DNA from: Alphaproteobacteria bacterium UBA7691
Lineage (GTDB): Bacteria; Pseudomonadota; Alphaproteobacteria; Ferrovibrionales; Ferrovibrionaceae
DNA length: 64,000 nt
Direction of reading: 5' to 3'
NCBI GenBank assembly: GCA_002482765.1
Contig: DLGP01000096.1
Location: 11,212-75,211, forward strand
Below, piece after piece: positions 38,976 through 48,641 of the stretch. The notes beneath the pieces were generated by a model. The model searched no databases. It saw only the letters and a program-made list of their open reading frames with translations, and was not told the DNA's origin. A program made the translations under genes and the position numbers. Position 1 is the stretch's first letter. Every line of letters begins with the position of its first letter.

Positions 38976-39097
38976 TGTCGGAAACCACGTTAGTTGACAA
39001 TTTTCGGGCCGATTCCGGCGAGTCGTACCGAGTCGGATGACAATTTATCACCATCTTTTCTGACAACTTCCGGCAAAAGAACCGTCTTTCCTGACAA
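38976..39097 (+). mobile_element. Putative Tn7-family transposon end
   Basis: Terminal TGTCGGAA followed by four direct repeats ACC-N8-TGACAA starting at 38984, 39027, 39050 and 39081. Confidence 0.7.
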
Positions 39098-39257
39098 TAC
39101 CTGTATTTGACCGAGCACCGGCCTGGAAACTGCCCTCAGCCCAGACTTTATAGATCCAGTCCCCGGGGCGAGTTCATGGCACAATGCGGCCCAGACGGGG
39201 GCCGGCGGCTTGCCCCAACGACCGCCCGGCACCAGGGGAACCACCTGCAGGTATGCC

Positions 39258-39509
39258 ATGCCTCGGACCAAAGCCGACCCGCAAACCATTATTGTCGCCA
39301 GAGCCAGGCGGAGCCGCGCCGCCAGGAGAAGGCTGCTTGAGAAGGCAGTAAAGCAGCTGAACGATCAACCCAGGATCGCCCTGCAAACCATGGGCTACTA
39401 TGTGGAAGCCACTTGTGGCTTTAAAGGCTTGGCCCAGCAAACCGGGATTCGGAGGGAGCGCCTGGTCCGGATGCTGAGTTCGGCCGGCAGACCCAGGTTA
39501 AGGAATTTC
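39258..39509 (+). pseudogene. HTH regulator / addiction-module antidote-like gene truncated by IS
   Basis: YVEAT.GF..LA..TG....L.RMLS..G.P...NF; the reading frame runs into the IS IR at 39510. Confidence 0.6.
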
Positions 39510-39567
39510 GGGTATACGGATTTAATGGTTGATGGGGCACCTTCACCCCATCAATCTGATACCACCC

Positions 39568-40857
39568 TCAGATGGTTGATAGATCGACTCCGTAGTTGAG
39601 TTCCTCTGCGAAGTCCGGCAGTCCGTAACCGATGGTTTTCTTGTAGAAAGGAGAGACCTTCGCAGTCGGTGCCTTCTTCTTGTGCTTCGTGGTGTAGAGC
39701 ATTCGTGCCCGCATCACCTCGAAGGAGTAACCGCGCCCTTCACGGTTCTTGTCCTTGGCCAGTCGGTTGATGGACTCCGTGTAAGCGTTGGTGACGGGCA
39801 TGTCCGTCTCGAAGTAGGTCATGGTCTCTTCGCGCCAGTTTCCCACTGCCCTGACCAGATCGCTCCAGACTTCCTTTTGGCCCTTCGGGATGGTGGCTAT
39901 CCACTCGTCCAGGGCGGCTTCTGCCTGGAGCCGTGTGGTGGCGTCCCAGATGCCGTAGAAGCGCTCCTTGTGCTCGTAGGCGGCCAGCAGTTGCGCGAAC
40001 GCGCCTGTCCAGGTCTCCATGATGAGGCGCTCCCGGTCTGAGACTTCGTGAGCGCGTTTCAGCAGGATTTTCCGGTCTCCCTTGAGAGTCCGGCTCTGGG
40101 ACGGTTTCAGCTCCTTTCTGAGGCCCTTGCGCACTCTCTCTAGGGCATCGTTGGCCATGCGCACCACATGGAACTTATCGACCACGATACGGGCCTGGGG
40201 CAGCACAGCCTTGACCGCTGCCCGGTAGGGGTTCCACATGTCCATGCTGACGATCTCGACCTTCTGCCGGTCTTTCAGCTTCATCAGGTAGTTGGTCACC
40301 ACGTCCTGGCGGCGGGTGGCCAGCAGGTCGAGCAGGGTTCGCTCCTCAATGTTGGTCAGAATGCAGCGGTAGCGCTTGTTCAGGTATAGCTCGTCAATGC
40401 CCAGGATGCGGGGCGTCTCGAAGCGGTGCCAGCGCCCCAGGAACTCGGCGCGGGCGTTGAAGATGTCGCGCACCGTCTTCTCGTCCAGGCCGGTCTGTGC
40501 CGCCACAAAGGTGTAGGGGTGGTTGAAGGATTCCTTCTCCACGTACTCATGCAGCCGCAGTGTCATACGGAATCCGTCCTCCATCTCCGGTAGCTGGGGC
40601 CTGAATGTTGTCTTGCAGGCCCGGCAGGTGTATCGGCGGCGGACCACCCAGAGAGTGACCCGCTTGCCGTGGATGGGCAGATCACGATAGGGAACGTCAC
40701 GCTTGCCGAACCGTACGAACTCACCCTGCACGCCGCATTCCTCGCAGGCGATGGGATCGGGCACGTCCACCTGGAAGTGCATTTCGTCGTCGGTTGATTT
40801 GCAGCCCAGTACTTGGTATTGCGGCAGGTGAAGGATGTTGTCGGGAAGTTCGGTCAT
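39568..40857 (-). CDS. tnpA: ISL3 family transposase
   Basis: Zn-finger CEEC...CRAC, LGIDE, SMDMW.PY, DKFHVV, TNAYTES.N. Confidence 0.95.
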   Translation of the reverse strand: MTELPDNILHLPQYQVLGCKSTDDEMHFQVDVPDPIACEECGVQGEFVRFGKRDVPYRDLPIHGKRVTLWVVRRRYTCRACKTTFRPQLPEMEDGFRMTLRLHEYVEKESFNHPYTFVAAQTGLDEKTVRDIFNARAEFLGRWHRFETPRILGIDELYLNKRYRCILTNIEERTLLDLLATRRQDVVTNYLMKLKDRQKVEIVSMDMWNPYRAAVKAVLPQARIVVDKFHVVRMANDALERVRKGLRKELKPSQSRTLKGDRKILLKRAHEVSDRERLIMETWTGAFAQLLAAYEHKERFYGIWDATTRLQAEAALDEWIATIPKGQKEVWSDLVRAVGNWREETMTYFETDMPVTNAYTESINRLAKDKNREGRGYSFEVMRARMLYTTKHKKKAPTAKVSPFYKKTIGYGLPDFAEELNYGVDLSTI

Positions 40858-40878
40858 GGTGTTGTATAGGCGTAGGTG

Positions 40879-41391
40879 TCAGTCAGATCCATCCGGCTCG
40901 GCATTGGTGTTTGCTTTTTTACCCAACAAGCTGCTGGAAACGAAAAGTAAGGCACCGAGGACAATTGCAATATCAGCCAGGTTGAAGGCCGGCCAATGCC
41001 AGTCTCGCCAATAGAAATCAAAGGAATCCACAACATAGCCGCGAAAGACCCGGTCAATCAGGTTGCCCATGGCGCCACCGAGGATAAGACTGTAAGCGAT
41101 GGCTTCTCCTTTATGACGATTTTCAAGGATCAGCTTGATCAGAAAAATCGAGACCACTACCGCGATTCCGATAAAAAAGTAGCGCTGCCAGCCTCCACCA
41201 TTCGCAAAAAGACTGAATGCGGCACCGGTGTTCCATAGGTGCACCCAGTTAAAGAACGGGGTCACCGAAACATACTCGCCATAGGCCATTGATTGCTGCA
41301 CCAGCCACTTTACAGCCTGATCAGACGCTGCCAGCAGGCCCGATATGGACAATAGGGCATACGGCGAGAGCTTTTTGCCAATAATGAGCAT
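40879..41391 (-). CDS. lspA: Lipoprotein signal peptidase II
   Basis: DQ.VK, NTGAAFS, GGAMGNLIDR, VVD, FNLAD. Confidence 0.95.
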   Translation of the reverse strand: MLIIGKKLSPYALLSISGLLAASDQAVKWLVQQSMAYGEYVSVTPFFNWVHLWNTGAAFSLFANGGGWQRYFFIGIAVVVSIFLIKLILENRHKGEAIAYSLILGGAMGNLIDRVFRGYVVDSFDFYWRDWHWPAFNLADIAIVLGALLFVSSSLLGKKANTNAEPDGSD

Positions 41392-41394
41392 TAT

Positions 41395-42291
41395 TTAACC
41401 CTTCAACGCCAAAATGCGTCTGGCACCGTTAAGTACAATGCCCCCCGCGATGGTGCCGATAATCAGATCCGGATAATTGGAACCGGTCCACGCGACCAGG
41501 GCGCCGGCGGTGATGACCCCCAGGTTGATCACCACGTCGTTGGCCGAGAATATCCAGCTTGCCTTCATGTGCGCCCCGCCTTCCCGATGTTTGGATATGA
41601 GCAGCAGACAACTGGTATTGGCAATCAATGCGACGAATGCGATAGCCATCATCACCAGCGATTCAGGCTCACTACCGAATACAAAGCGTCTCACCACCTC
41701 TACGAGCACGCCCACAGCCAAGATCAGTTGCAGTACACCAGCAAGATGCGCGGCACGTACCTGCATTTTCACGCTATGTCCAACCGCATAAAGGGCAAGC
41801 CCGTACACCGCCGCATCGGCAAAATTGTCCAGGGATTCTCCAATCAGGCCGGTGGACTGGGCGATCAGACCGGCAGTCATTTCCACCACGAACAGAAGTG
41901 CATTGATGCCGAGCAACCAGCGCAGGGTCCCGGATTCTTGCTTAGCAGAAGCTGCCGAAAACTCGGCGGCCTTGATGGTCTCCGGATTTGCAGCGACGGT
42001 TTCCTGAAGCGAGGCGCCTAGCCCCAAGGTCTTCAGTTTCGAGGTGACGGGCTCGACCTCGCCGTCATGCACGACCTTCAGCCGGCGGTTCGACAAGTCG
42101 AAGGACAGCGCCCGAATCTCCTCAAAGCCGTTCAGGGCTAGGCGAATCATTCGTTCTTCTGATGGACAGTCCATCTTCGGCACGGCATAAACACTGACCC
42201 ATCTCCCTGGCGCCTCGGAGGAGGCCTGTATATCGGTATCCGCTGCGGACGTTGCATCACCGCCACAGGCGCCACCACAGGATTTGCTCAT
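41395..42291 (-). CDS. Cation diffusion facilitator with N-terminal HMA-like domain
   Basis: MDCPSEE, DNFADA, SANDV; follows a MerR-type promoter. Confidence 0.9.
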   Translation of the reverse strand: MSKSCGGACGGDATSAADTDIQASSEAPGRWVSVYAVPKMDCPSEERMIRLALNGFEEIRALSFDLSNRRLKVVHDGEVEPVTSKLKTLGLGASLQETVAANPETIKAAEFSAASAKQESGTLRWLLGINALLFVVEMTAGLIAQSTGLIGESLDNFADAAVYGLALYAVGHSVKMQVRAAHLAGVLQLILAVGVLVEVVRRFVFGSEPESLVMMAIAFVALIANTSCLLLISKHREGGAHMKASWIFSANDVVINLGVITAGALVAWTGSNYPDLIIGTIAGGIVLNGARRILALKG

Positions 42292-42324
42292 GATACGACT
42301 CCACTTGAACAATGTTGTGGTACC

Positions 42325-42355
42325 ATTTAAAACTATAAAGCTACTATAAGGTCAA
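42325..42355 (-). promoter_or_regulatory. CadR/PbrR-type MerR promoter
   Basis: Minus strand TTGACC-19 nt (TTATAGTAGCTTTATAGTT)-TTAAAT with internal dyad. Confidence 0.8.
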
Positions 42356-42386
42356 TAGAGTAAAGAATCCGTTGGGGAGGAGGCTG

Positions 42387-42794
42387 ATGCGCATTGGTCA
42401 GTTGGCGCAGTTGGTAGGGGTCGAAACACAGACGATCCGCTTCTATGAACAGCAGGGCTTGTTGCCGCCGCCTGATCGGCAGGACAACGGTTACCGTGTC
42501 TATACCGAGAAGCATGGTGAGGGGCTGGCCTTCATCCGTCGCTGCAGAATCCTGGGCCTGTCACTGGCTGAGATTCACGAACTACAGAGCTATCAGGACG
42601 ACCCTCATCAGCCTTGTACCGCCGTCAACGCCTTGCTCGATGATCACATCTCTCATGTGCGGTCGCAGATAACCGCTCTGCAAGCGCTTGAGAAACAACT
42701 CGTTTCACTGAGAGCGAGTTGCAACGATGACCGGGAAGTTGAAGCGTGTGGGGTTCTTGCTGGAATTAGCGAAGGAAACATGCACCAGCAGTAG
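42387..42794 (+). CDS. cadR: Cd(II)/Pb(II)-responsive MerR family regulator
   Basis: MRIGQLA, TIRFYE..GLL, three conserved Cys (PC, SC, AC). Confidence 0.9.
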   Translation: MRIGQLAQLVGVETQTIRFYEQQGLLPPPDRQDNGYRVYTEKHGEGLAFIRRCRILGLSLAEIHELQSYQDDPHQPCTAVNALLDDHISHVRSQITALQALEKQLVSLRASCNDDREVEACGVLAGISEGNMHQQ

Positions 42795-43460
42795 GTGAAG
42801 CATCAACCAGATAATCCGATGAGATGCCGGTCTGTCTCACTCTCATGCAAAGGTAAGATCAACCATTTAATCCGCTTACCCCCTTTTAATAAGTGAAAAA
42901 TCCCCTCTTAATGCTGCATCCAAAAGACGGGCGTATTGCTCTCCGTACGATGGCTCATCAGCCACAGGTATTGGAGAGACATAGCTTGGTTTGAGCGCGC
43001 CCACCGCCATTCGTCGATCCCCCAGAATCACTTGCCCGGCAACCTTTTGGGGGCGCCGGGCAACCTTTACCCGGCCAAAAATGCCACGATTCGCAGAGTC
43101 TGACAACCTTTTTGGCATAATCTCCAACCTTTCGTCCTATAGGCTGATGTATAGGAACGGCTGGAAAATCAATAGGTGCCATGCGTATTTGGGATCACAT
43201 TCGGGCAGCGTATTTCGGCTCGTACTACGTTGGAAATGCTGCCGTATTTCTCTTTGCCCACAGGGCGTCAGATTGACCCCGACTTCCGCCAAGAAGGCAC
43301 AGTTGAGCACCCCCTGAGTTGCTATCTCCGCAGAATATCCCCAGCTTTTTTGGAAGTTAGAAGGGGCTTAATGTCAGCACTTGCACCAGCGGCGAGGCTA
43401 CTCACGATCAAGATGATGGCAGCCTTTTGGAGATCTTACGGATCCTTCGTCATCGCAGAC

Positions 43461-43928
43461 CTAGTTGATCAACTCGAACTTCCCAACTGTGACCTGAATC
43501 CGCTTCTCGCGGCCGTCGGCGAAGTCGAGGCATGCCTCCAGGCTGCCGCCGGCGGCAAGAGGGCGCCGCAGGCGCAACAATCGGACACGGGCAGTCTCTT
43601 CCAGATCCAGGACCTCACCAGGCAGTACCGCCATTGAGCCGATCGGCACGAAGCGACCAGGCGCCACTCTTACCTCGATCTGGCTTGCCTCAGCCGCGTC
43701 GGAATGCAGGCGGATGAACTGCCGCACCGATGCACCATTATTCTCTATGGCAAGCCGGACCAGCGTTTCACCGCCCAGAACGGCCGGTTCGGCATAGGCA
43801 TGCTGGATTATCAAGGTTCCGATCTCGTCCTGATGGGCTCGAGCGGCGTCAGGACATAGCGCTAATATGACAAGAGCGACGGCGGTACCTTTCCCCAAGA
43901 TATGCATCCTGTGGCTATTCCATGTCAT
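43461..43928 (-). CDS. PCu(A)C-like periplasmic protein with degenerate Cu(I) motif
   Basis: Signal ARA/HQ, I.HAYA, I.N.G, L.L.RPL..G....L.F; start uncertain. Confidence 0.65.
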   Translation of the reverse strand: MTWNSHRMHILGKGTAVALVILALCPDAARAHQDEIGTLIIQHAYAEPAVLGGETLVRLAIENNGASVRQFIRLHSDAAEASQIEVRVAPGRFVPIGSMAVLPGEVLDLEETARVRLLRLRRPLAAGGSLEACLDFADGREKRIQVTVGKFELIN

Positions 43929-44154
43929 GGCGCCAGTCATGTCCTTTAAAGCGTGGGTTGATGCTCGGGGCGAAAGAGTGATCCTCATGTAGCTCCCTGG
44001 CGAAGCATTCCTGGAAAGCAGGAGTATCAGGTAGCAACCCCTTGGCTTGGCATCCTTGCCGAATTCCGGCGTGATACTCCCCCTGGGACCAACTACACCC
44101 ACTCAGTAACAGGACCAGAGTCGAGACTGCGAAGAAGCGTTTCTGCATGGTCAT
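43915..44154 (-). CDS. Small lipoprotein, hypothetical
   Basis: LLSGC lipobox; C..G...TP.F..C; ATGA overlap with czcA. Confidence 0.65.
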   Translation of the reverse strand: MTMQKRFFAVSTLVLLLSGCSWSQGEYHAGIRQGCQAKGLLPDTPAFQECFARELHEDHSFAPSINPRFKGHDWRHDME

Positions 44155-47100
44155 TCTCCTGCTGCGGCATGAGGCTGGTGACTGATGACAGGATCAAGTT
44201 CATCACCACCGGTCTGCCGCCCAGTACCGAAGCGAGCGTAGAGCGCCGGCAGCACCAGCAAGGTCAGCAACGTCGAGCTGATAAGCCCACCTATCACCAC
44301 AGTGGCGATGGGCTTCTGTACCTCGGCGCCCGTACCCAATGCGATTGCCATCGGTACGAACCCGAGAGAGGCAACCAGTGCTGTGATCAGCACGGGGCGC
44401 AGGCGCGCGACCGCACCGTCAATGACGGCGGCCACCTTGTCGACACCCTCCGCCATCTCCTGCTGGATACGGCTGACCATCACCAGCCCGTTGAGCACGG
44501 CGATGCCAGATAAAGCGATAAAACCGACAATAGCCGAAACCGAAATCGGCATGCCGCGCAATGCCAGAGCCAAAATGCCACCGACCAAGGCAAAGGGAAT
44601 GCCGCTATAGACGATTAAGGCATCCCGCACACTGCCTAATGCCATGAACAGGAGGAAGAAGATCGCAGCGAAACAGAGCGGCACGACAACGAGCAACCGG
44701 TTTTTGGCCGCAATGAGGTTTTCGTACTGCCCACCCCAGGCGATCCAATAACCAGGGGACAGAGACACCCGGGCAGAAATCTGCGCCTGGGCGTCACGCA
44801 CCATTGAGCCAATGTCTCGACCGCGAACATTGGCCTGCACCACGACACGGCGCTTGCCATTTTCCCGGCTGATCTGATTCGGTCCTTCGTTTATCTCGAT
44901 GTCGGCGAGCTGGCGCAGCGGGATCGTGGCCAGACGGCCGCTGCCAGGCAGTGGCACTGGCAGATTATGCAGCACCTCCAGATTGCTGCGCACCGGATCA
45001 GCCAGACGCACCACGATATCGAAGCGCTTGTCACCTTCGTATAGTGCGCCGGCTTCATGGCCGCCGATCGCCGTGGCAATGACCTGCTGCACCTGCGACA
45101 CACTGAGACCACGCCGGGCGATCTCACGCTTTTTCAGCCGGATATTGAGATAGGGCAAGCCGGCCGCCTGCTCCACCTTTACATCGCTGGCACCGTTAAC
45201 GCCGCGCAGCACCGCTGCCACTGCGTTAGCGGTCTCAAGCAATGTATCGAAGTCATCGCCATAGACTTTCACGGCAACATCAGAGCGCACGCCGGCGATC
45301 AGCTCATTGAAACGCATCTGAATTGGCTGCGTGAACTCGTAGTTGTTGCCCGGCACGCGGCCAACGGCTTGCTCGATCTCACGGATCAGCTGCGCCTTGG
45401 TCTTGTCCGGGTTCGGCCATTCTTCCTGCGGCTTCAGGATAATGAAGGTGTCGGACACGTTTGGCGGCATCGGGTCGGATGCCACTTCAGCCGTACCGGT
45501 CTTGGAGAAGACCGTGGCTACCTCCTGGAAGCGCGCCACCGTCTTCTCGACCTGGTTCTGCATGGCAGCGGACTGGTTCAGCGACGTGCTGGGGATTCGC
45601 ATGGCATGCATGGCGATATCCTTCTCGTCCAACGTGGGGATGAACTCCTGGCCAAGCTGAGTCAGCAGCAACAGGGAGCCGAAGAAAAGCGCCGCCGCTA
45701 GCGCGGCGATACGGCCTGGAATGCCGACAACACGGTTCAACAGCGCTCCATAGCGATCTTGTGCGGCCGCCATGAAACGGCTCTCCTTCTCCTTCACTGG
45801 GCCTGTGACAAACAAGGCAATCATCGCCGGCACGAAGGTGAGCGACAGCACGAAGGCACAGGCCAAGGCGATGATGACGGTCAGCGCCATAGGCTCGAAC
45901 ATCTTGCCTTCCACGCCCGTGAAACTCAGCATGGGCACATAGACGACGATGATGATGGCCTGGCCGAAGACCGACGGCTGTATCATCTCCTTGGATGCCA
46001 CCATCACCTCTGTCAGCCGTTCGCGACGAGTTAGCGTCCTGCGCAGCTCATGCTGCTTGTCGGCCAGATGCCGCAGGCAGTTTTCCGTGATGATCACGGC
46101 GCCATCAACAATAAGGCCGAAATCCAGGGCACCCAGGCTCATCAGATTCGCACTGATGCGTCCCTGCAGCATACCCGTTGCGGTCATCAGCATAGTGATG
46201 GGTATGACCAAAGCCGTGATGATGGCCGCCCGTATATTCCCGAGGAACAGGAACAGGACCACGATCACCAGCAGCGCACCTTCGGCCAGGTTCTTTTCCA
46301 CGGTCGCAACGGTGGCATCGACCAGCTTGGTCCGATTCAGGACTGCCGCTGCCTCCACTCCCGCTGGCAGTGACCGGTTTACCTCCGTGAGTTTCACATG
46401 CACCGCATCGGCTACCGTGCGGCTATTGCCGCCGATCAACATCAGAGCGGTGCCGACCACCACCTCCTCGCCCGCCGAACTGGCCGCACCGCTGCGCAAT
46501 TCATGGCCAAGATCGACGGTGGCGACGTCATGCACATAGACCGGCACGCCATCCCTGGTGGCAACCACCACGTTTCCGATATCATCGACGCTCTCTAGGC
46601 GACCATAGGCGCGGACCACCAAGCCCTCGCCATTCTGCTCCAGGAAACCAGCACCAATGGCGCTGTTATTGCGCTGAATCGAATCAGACAGGTCGTTCAG
46701 CGTCAGGCCGAAGGCGAGCAACCGGTCGAGTTTCGGCTGTACATGATACTCTTTGACATAGCCGCCAATGGAATCGATACCCGCGACACCGGAGACATTA
46801 CGTAATTGCGGCCGCACCAGCCAATCCTGCACAGTGCGCAAATAGGTGGCGCGCTTCACGTCGGTGTCGAGCTTCTCGCCCTCGACAGTGATATAGCTGC
46901 CGTCCGCCTGCCAGCCGGACTCGCCGCCAATCGTCCCCTTATCCGCCTTGAAACGCACCAGCCACATATAGACTTCGCCAAGGCCCGTGGAGATCGGGCC
47001 CAGCCGTGGCTCAATGCCGCTGGGTAGCAATTCACGCGCCTCAGCCAGGCGCTCCGCCACCTGCTGGCGGGCGAAGTAGATATTCGTCTTTTCGCTGAAG

Positions 47101-47387
47101 ATGGCGGTGACCTGGGAGAACCCGTTGCGCGACAGCGAACGGGTTGATTCCAGACCCGGGATGCCGGCCAACGAGTTTTCCAGCGGGTAGGTTACCTGCT
47201 TTTCGATCTCCATAGGCGACAGGGATGGCGCCACAGCATTGATCTGCACCTGGTTGTTGGTGATATCCGGCACAGCATCGATCGGCAGCTTTAGCAGCGA
47301 CTGCACACCGAGAATACAGATACCAAGCGTAACGATCAGCACCACTAGGCGCTGCTGAATAGACAGGCGGAGAATTTGTTCAATCAT
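44151..47387 (-). CDS. czcA: CzcA/CusA family heavy-metal RND efflux pump
   Basis: LPIDAVPDITN.QVQI, SLGALDFGLIVDG, RLRPVL.TA. Confidence 0.95.
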   Translation of the reverse strand: MIEQILRLSIQQRLVVLIVTLGICILGVQSLLKLPIDAVPDITNNQVQINAVAPSLSPMEIEKQVTYPLENSLAGIPGLESTRSLSRNGFSQVTAIFSEKTNIYFARQQVAERLAEARELLPSGIEPRLGPISTGLGEVYMWLVRFKADKGTIGGESGWQADGSYITVEGEKLDTDVKRATYLRTVQDWLVRPQLRNVSGVAGIDSIGGYVKEYHVQPKLDRLLAFGLTLNDLSDSIQRNNSAIGAGFLEQNGEGLVVRAYGRLESVDDIGNVVVATRDGVPVYVHDVATVDLGHELRSGAASSAGEEVVVGTALMLIGGNSRTVADAVHVKLTEVNRSLPAGVEAAAVLNRTKLVDATVATVEKNLAEGALLVIVVLFLFLGNIRAAIITALVIPITMLMTATGMLQGRISANLMSLGALDFGLIVDGAVIITENCLRHLADKQHELRRTLTRRERLTEVMVASKEMIQPSVFGQAIIIVVYVPMLSFTGVEGKMFEPMALTVIIALACAFVLSLTFVPAMIALFVTGPVKEKESRFMAAAQDRYGALLNRVVGIPGRIAALAAALFFGSLLLLTQLGQEFIPTLDEKDIAMHAMRIPSTSLNQSAAMQNQVEKTVARFQEVATVFSKTGTAEVASDPMPPNVSDTFIILKPQEEWPNPDKTKAQLIREIEQAVGRVPGNNYEFTQPIQMRFNELIAGVRSDVAVKVYGDDFDTLLETANAVAAVLRGVNGASDVKVEQAAGLPYLNIRLKKREIARRGLSVSQVQQVIATAIGGHEAGALYEGDKRFDIVVRLADPVRSNLEVLHNLPVPLPGSGRLATIPLRQLADIEINEGPNQISRENGKRRVVVQANVRGRDIGSMVRDAQAQISARVSLSPGYWIAWGGQYENLIAAKNRLLVVVPLCFAAIFFLLFMALGSVRDALIVYSGIPFALVGGILALALRGMPISVSAIVGFIALSGIAVLNGLVMVSRIQQEMAEGVDKVAAVIDGAVARLRPVLITALVASLGFVPMAIALGTGAEVQKPIATVVIGGLISSTLLTLLVLPALYARFGTGRQTGGDELDPVISHQPHAAAGE

Positions 47388-47407
47388 GGCAGGATGCTTT
47401 CCCGTGC

Positions 47408-48628
47408 TCAGTGCGAATGCTCGGCTTCAGCCTTTTCAAGCTGCGCCTTGAGCACAAAGGAGTTCACCACCGCCACTTCCTCACCAGCTTCGACGCCGAA
47501 GCGAATTTCGGTTTGATTGCCGTCGCTGCGGCCGAGAACAATTTCACGTTTCTCAAAACCGTCTGGCGTGCGGACAAACACCACCGATTCCTTCTTCAGT
47601 CGCTGGATGGCTGCCTTGGGCACAAGAACAGCAGCACGCTCGATGGCACTCTTCACCGTTACCGAGGCAAAATCGCCAAGGCGCCAGTTCCCACTGTCAT
47701 TGCTGATCTGCACGACAATCTTCGCAAGGCGGGTTTCGCGGTCGACAACCGGACTTACAAAGACAACCTTGCCCTCGACCTTGGCCGGACCGTCCGCCGC
47801 GACCAAATCTCCCTCACGTATGGAAGCAAGGTCAGACGGCGCCACTGCTGCCTCGATCCAGAGCTTTGAAAGATCAGCGACTGTGAAAAGCTCGATCTCG
47901 CTAGGAACCGAGGCACCGAGTACGCCGCGGCGCTCGACCACTCTTCCAGCAATGGGGCTGCGGATTTCCAACACCTGCAAGCCAGAGTTGCTGCCGTTCA
48001 GTCGCGACAGGTCGTTGCCATTGAAGCCGAAGGCGGCAAGCCTCTGGCGAGCCAGATCTATACGGATACGGGCTTCCTCAACGGCTGCGCGTGCCTGCAA
48101 ATAGTCCTGCTCCGAGCTGATCTTCTTTTCCCAGAGATTCCGTTCACGCTCGAATGTGGTGCGCGCCAGAGCTTCGCTGCGTTGAGCCGCCAGGAATTCA
48201 CCTTTGGCTTCGGCAATCTCGCGGCTTTCCAAAACCGCCAGCAATTCCCCCTTGGCCACGGCATCGCCGAGCCGCTTACGCAGATCAACAATGACACCGG
48301 AGGACTTGGCAGCCACAGCCGCAACCTGATCCGGGTTCGCCACCACATTGCCGGGGAAAGTGGTGGTCCGCACCAACTCCCCTTCCCGCGCCGGGCTGAG
48401 GCTGATACCCGACTGCGTCACCTGATCATCGCTGAGTTTCAGCGGATTCTCCTCTGCTTCACTGCCATGGCCGCGATTCCCGCCGCCATGACCATGGCCA
48501 TCTTCGGCACCATGGCTGGCTGGGCCATCGCTATGCAGGAACGGCAGTTTTTCCGGCGCCGCCACGAACAGCGTGCCGCCTATACCGACAATCAATCCCG
48601 CCGCAAGGGCGATAAGGCTGTTACGCAT
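47408..48628 (-). CDS. czcB: RND membrane fusion protein (CzcB-like), His-rich N-terminus
   Basis: G..V.KG..L lipoyl-like halves, RSPI.G.V, terminal AEHSH. Confidence 0.9.
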   Translation of the reverse strand: MRNSLIALAAGLIVGIGGTLFVAAPEKLPFLHSDGPASHGAEDGHGHGGGNRGHGSEAEENPLKLSDDQVTQSGISLSPAREGELVRTTTFPGNVVANPDQVAAVAAKSSGVIVDLRKRLGDAVAKGELLAVLESREIAEAKGEFLAAQRSEALARTTFERERNLWEKKISSEQDYLQARAAVEEARIRIDLARQRLAAFGFNGNDLSRLNGSNSGLQVLEIRSPIAGRVVERRGVLGASVPSEIELFTVADLSKLWIEAAVAPSDLASIREGDLVAADGPAKVEGKVVFVSPVVDRETRLAKIVVQISNDSGNWRLGDFASVTVKSAIERAAVLVPKAAIQRLKKESVVFVRTPDGFEKREIVLGRSDGNQTEIRFGVEAGEEVAVVNSFVLKAQLEKAEAEHSH

Positions 48629-48641
48629 GGGGATCTCCAGA

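Larger units (their letters stand above)
39510..42881 (-). mobile_element. ISPpu12-like ISL3-family element (3372 bp) with cadR-CDF-lspA-tnpA cargo
   Basis: 24-bp imperfect IRs GGGTATACGGATTTAATGGTTGAT (39510-33) and ATCAACCATTTAATCCGCTTACCC (42858-81); length and gene order match ISPpu12. Confidence 0.93.

Noticed and set aside
38976-39097. TGACAA repeats as multiple sigma70 -35 boxes or plasmid iterons
   Set aside because: The fixed ACC-N8 prefix and position 8 bp from a TGT fit transposase sites better; no rep gene nearby
42882-43460. Short ORFs right of the IS
   Set aside because: No recognisable motif; probably a truncated remnant, so no product assigned
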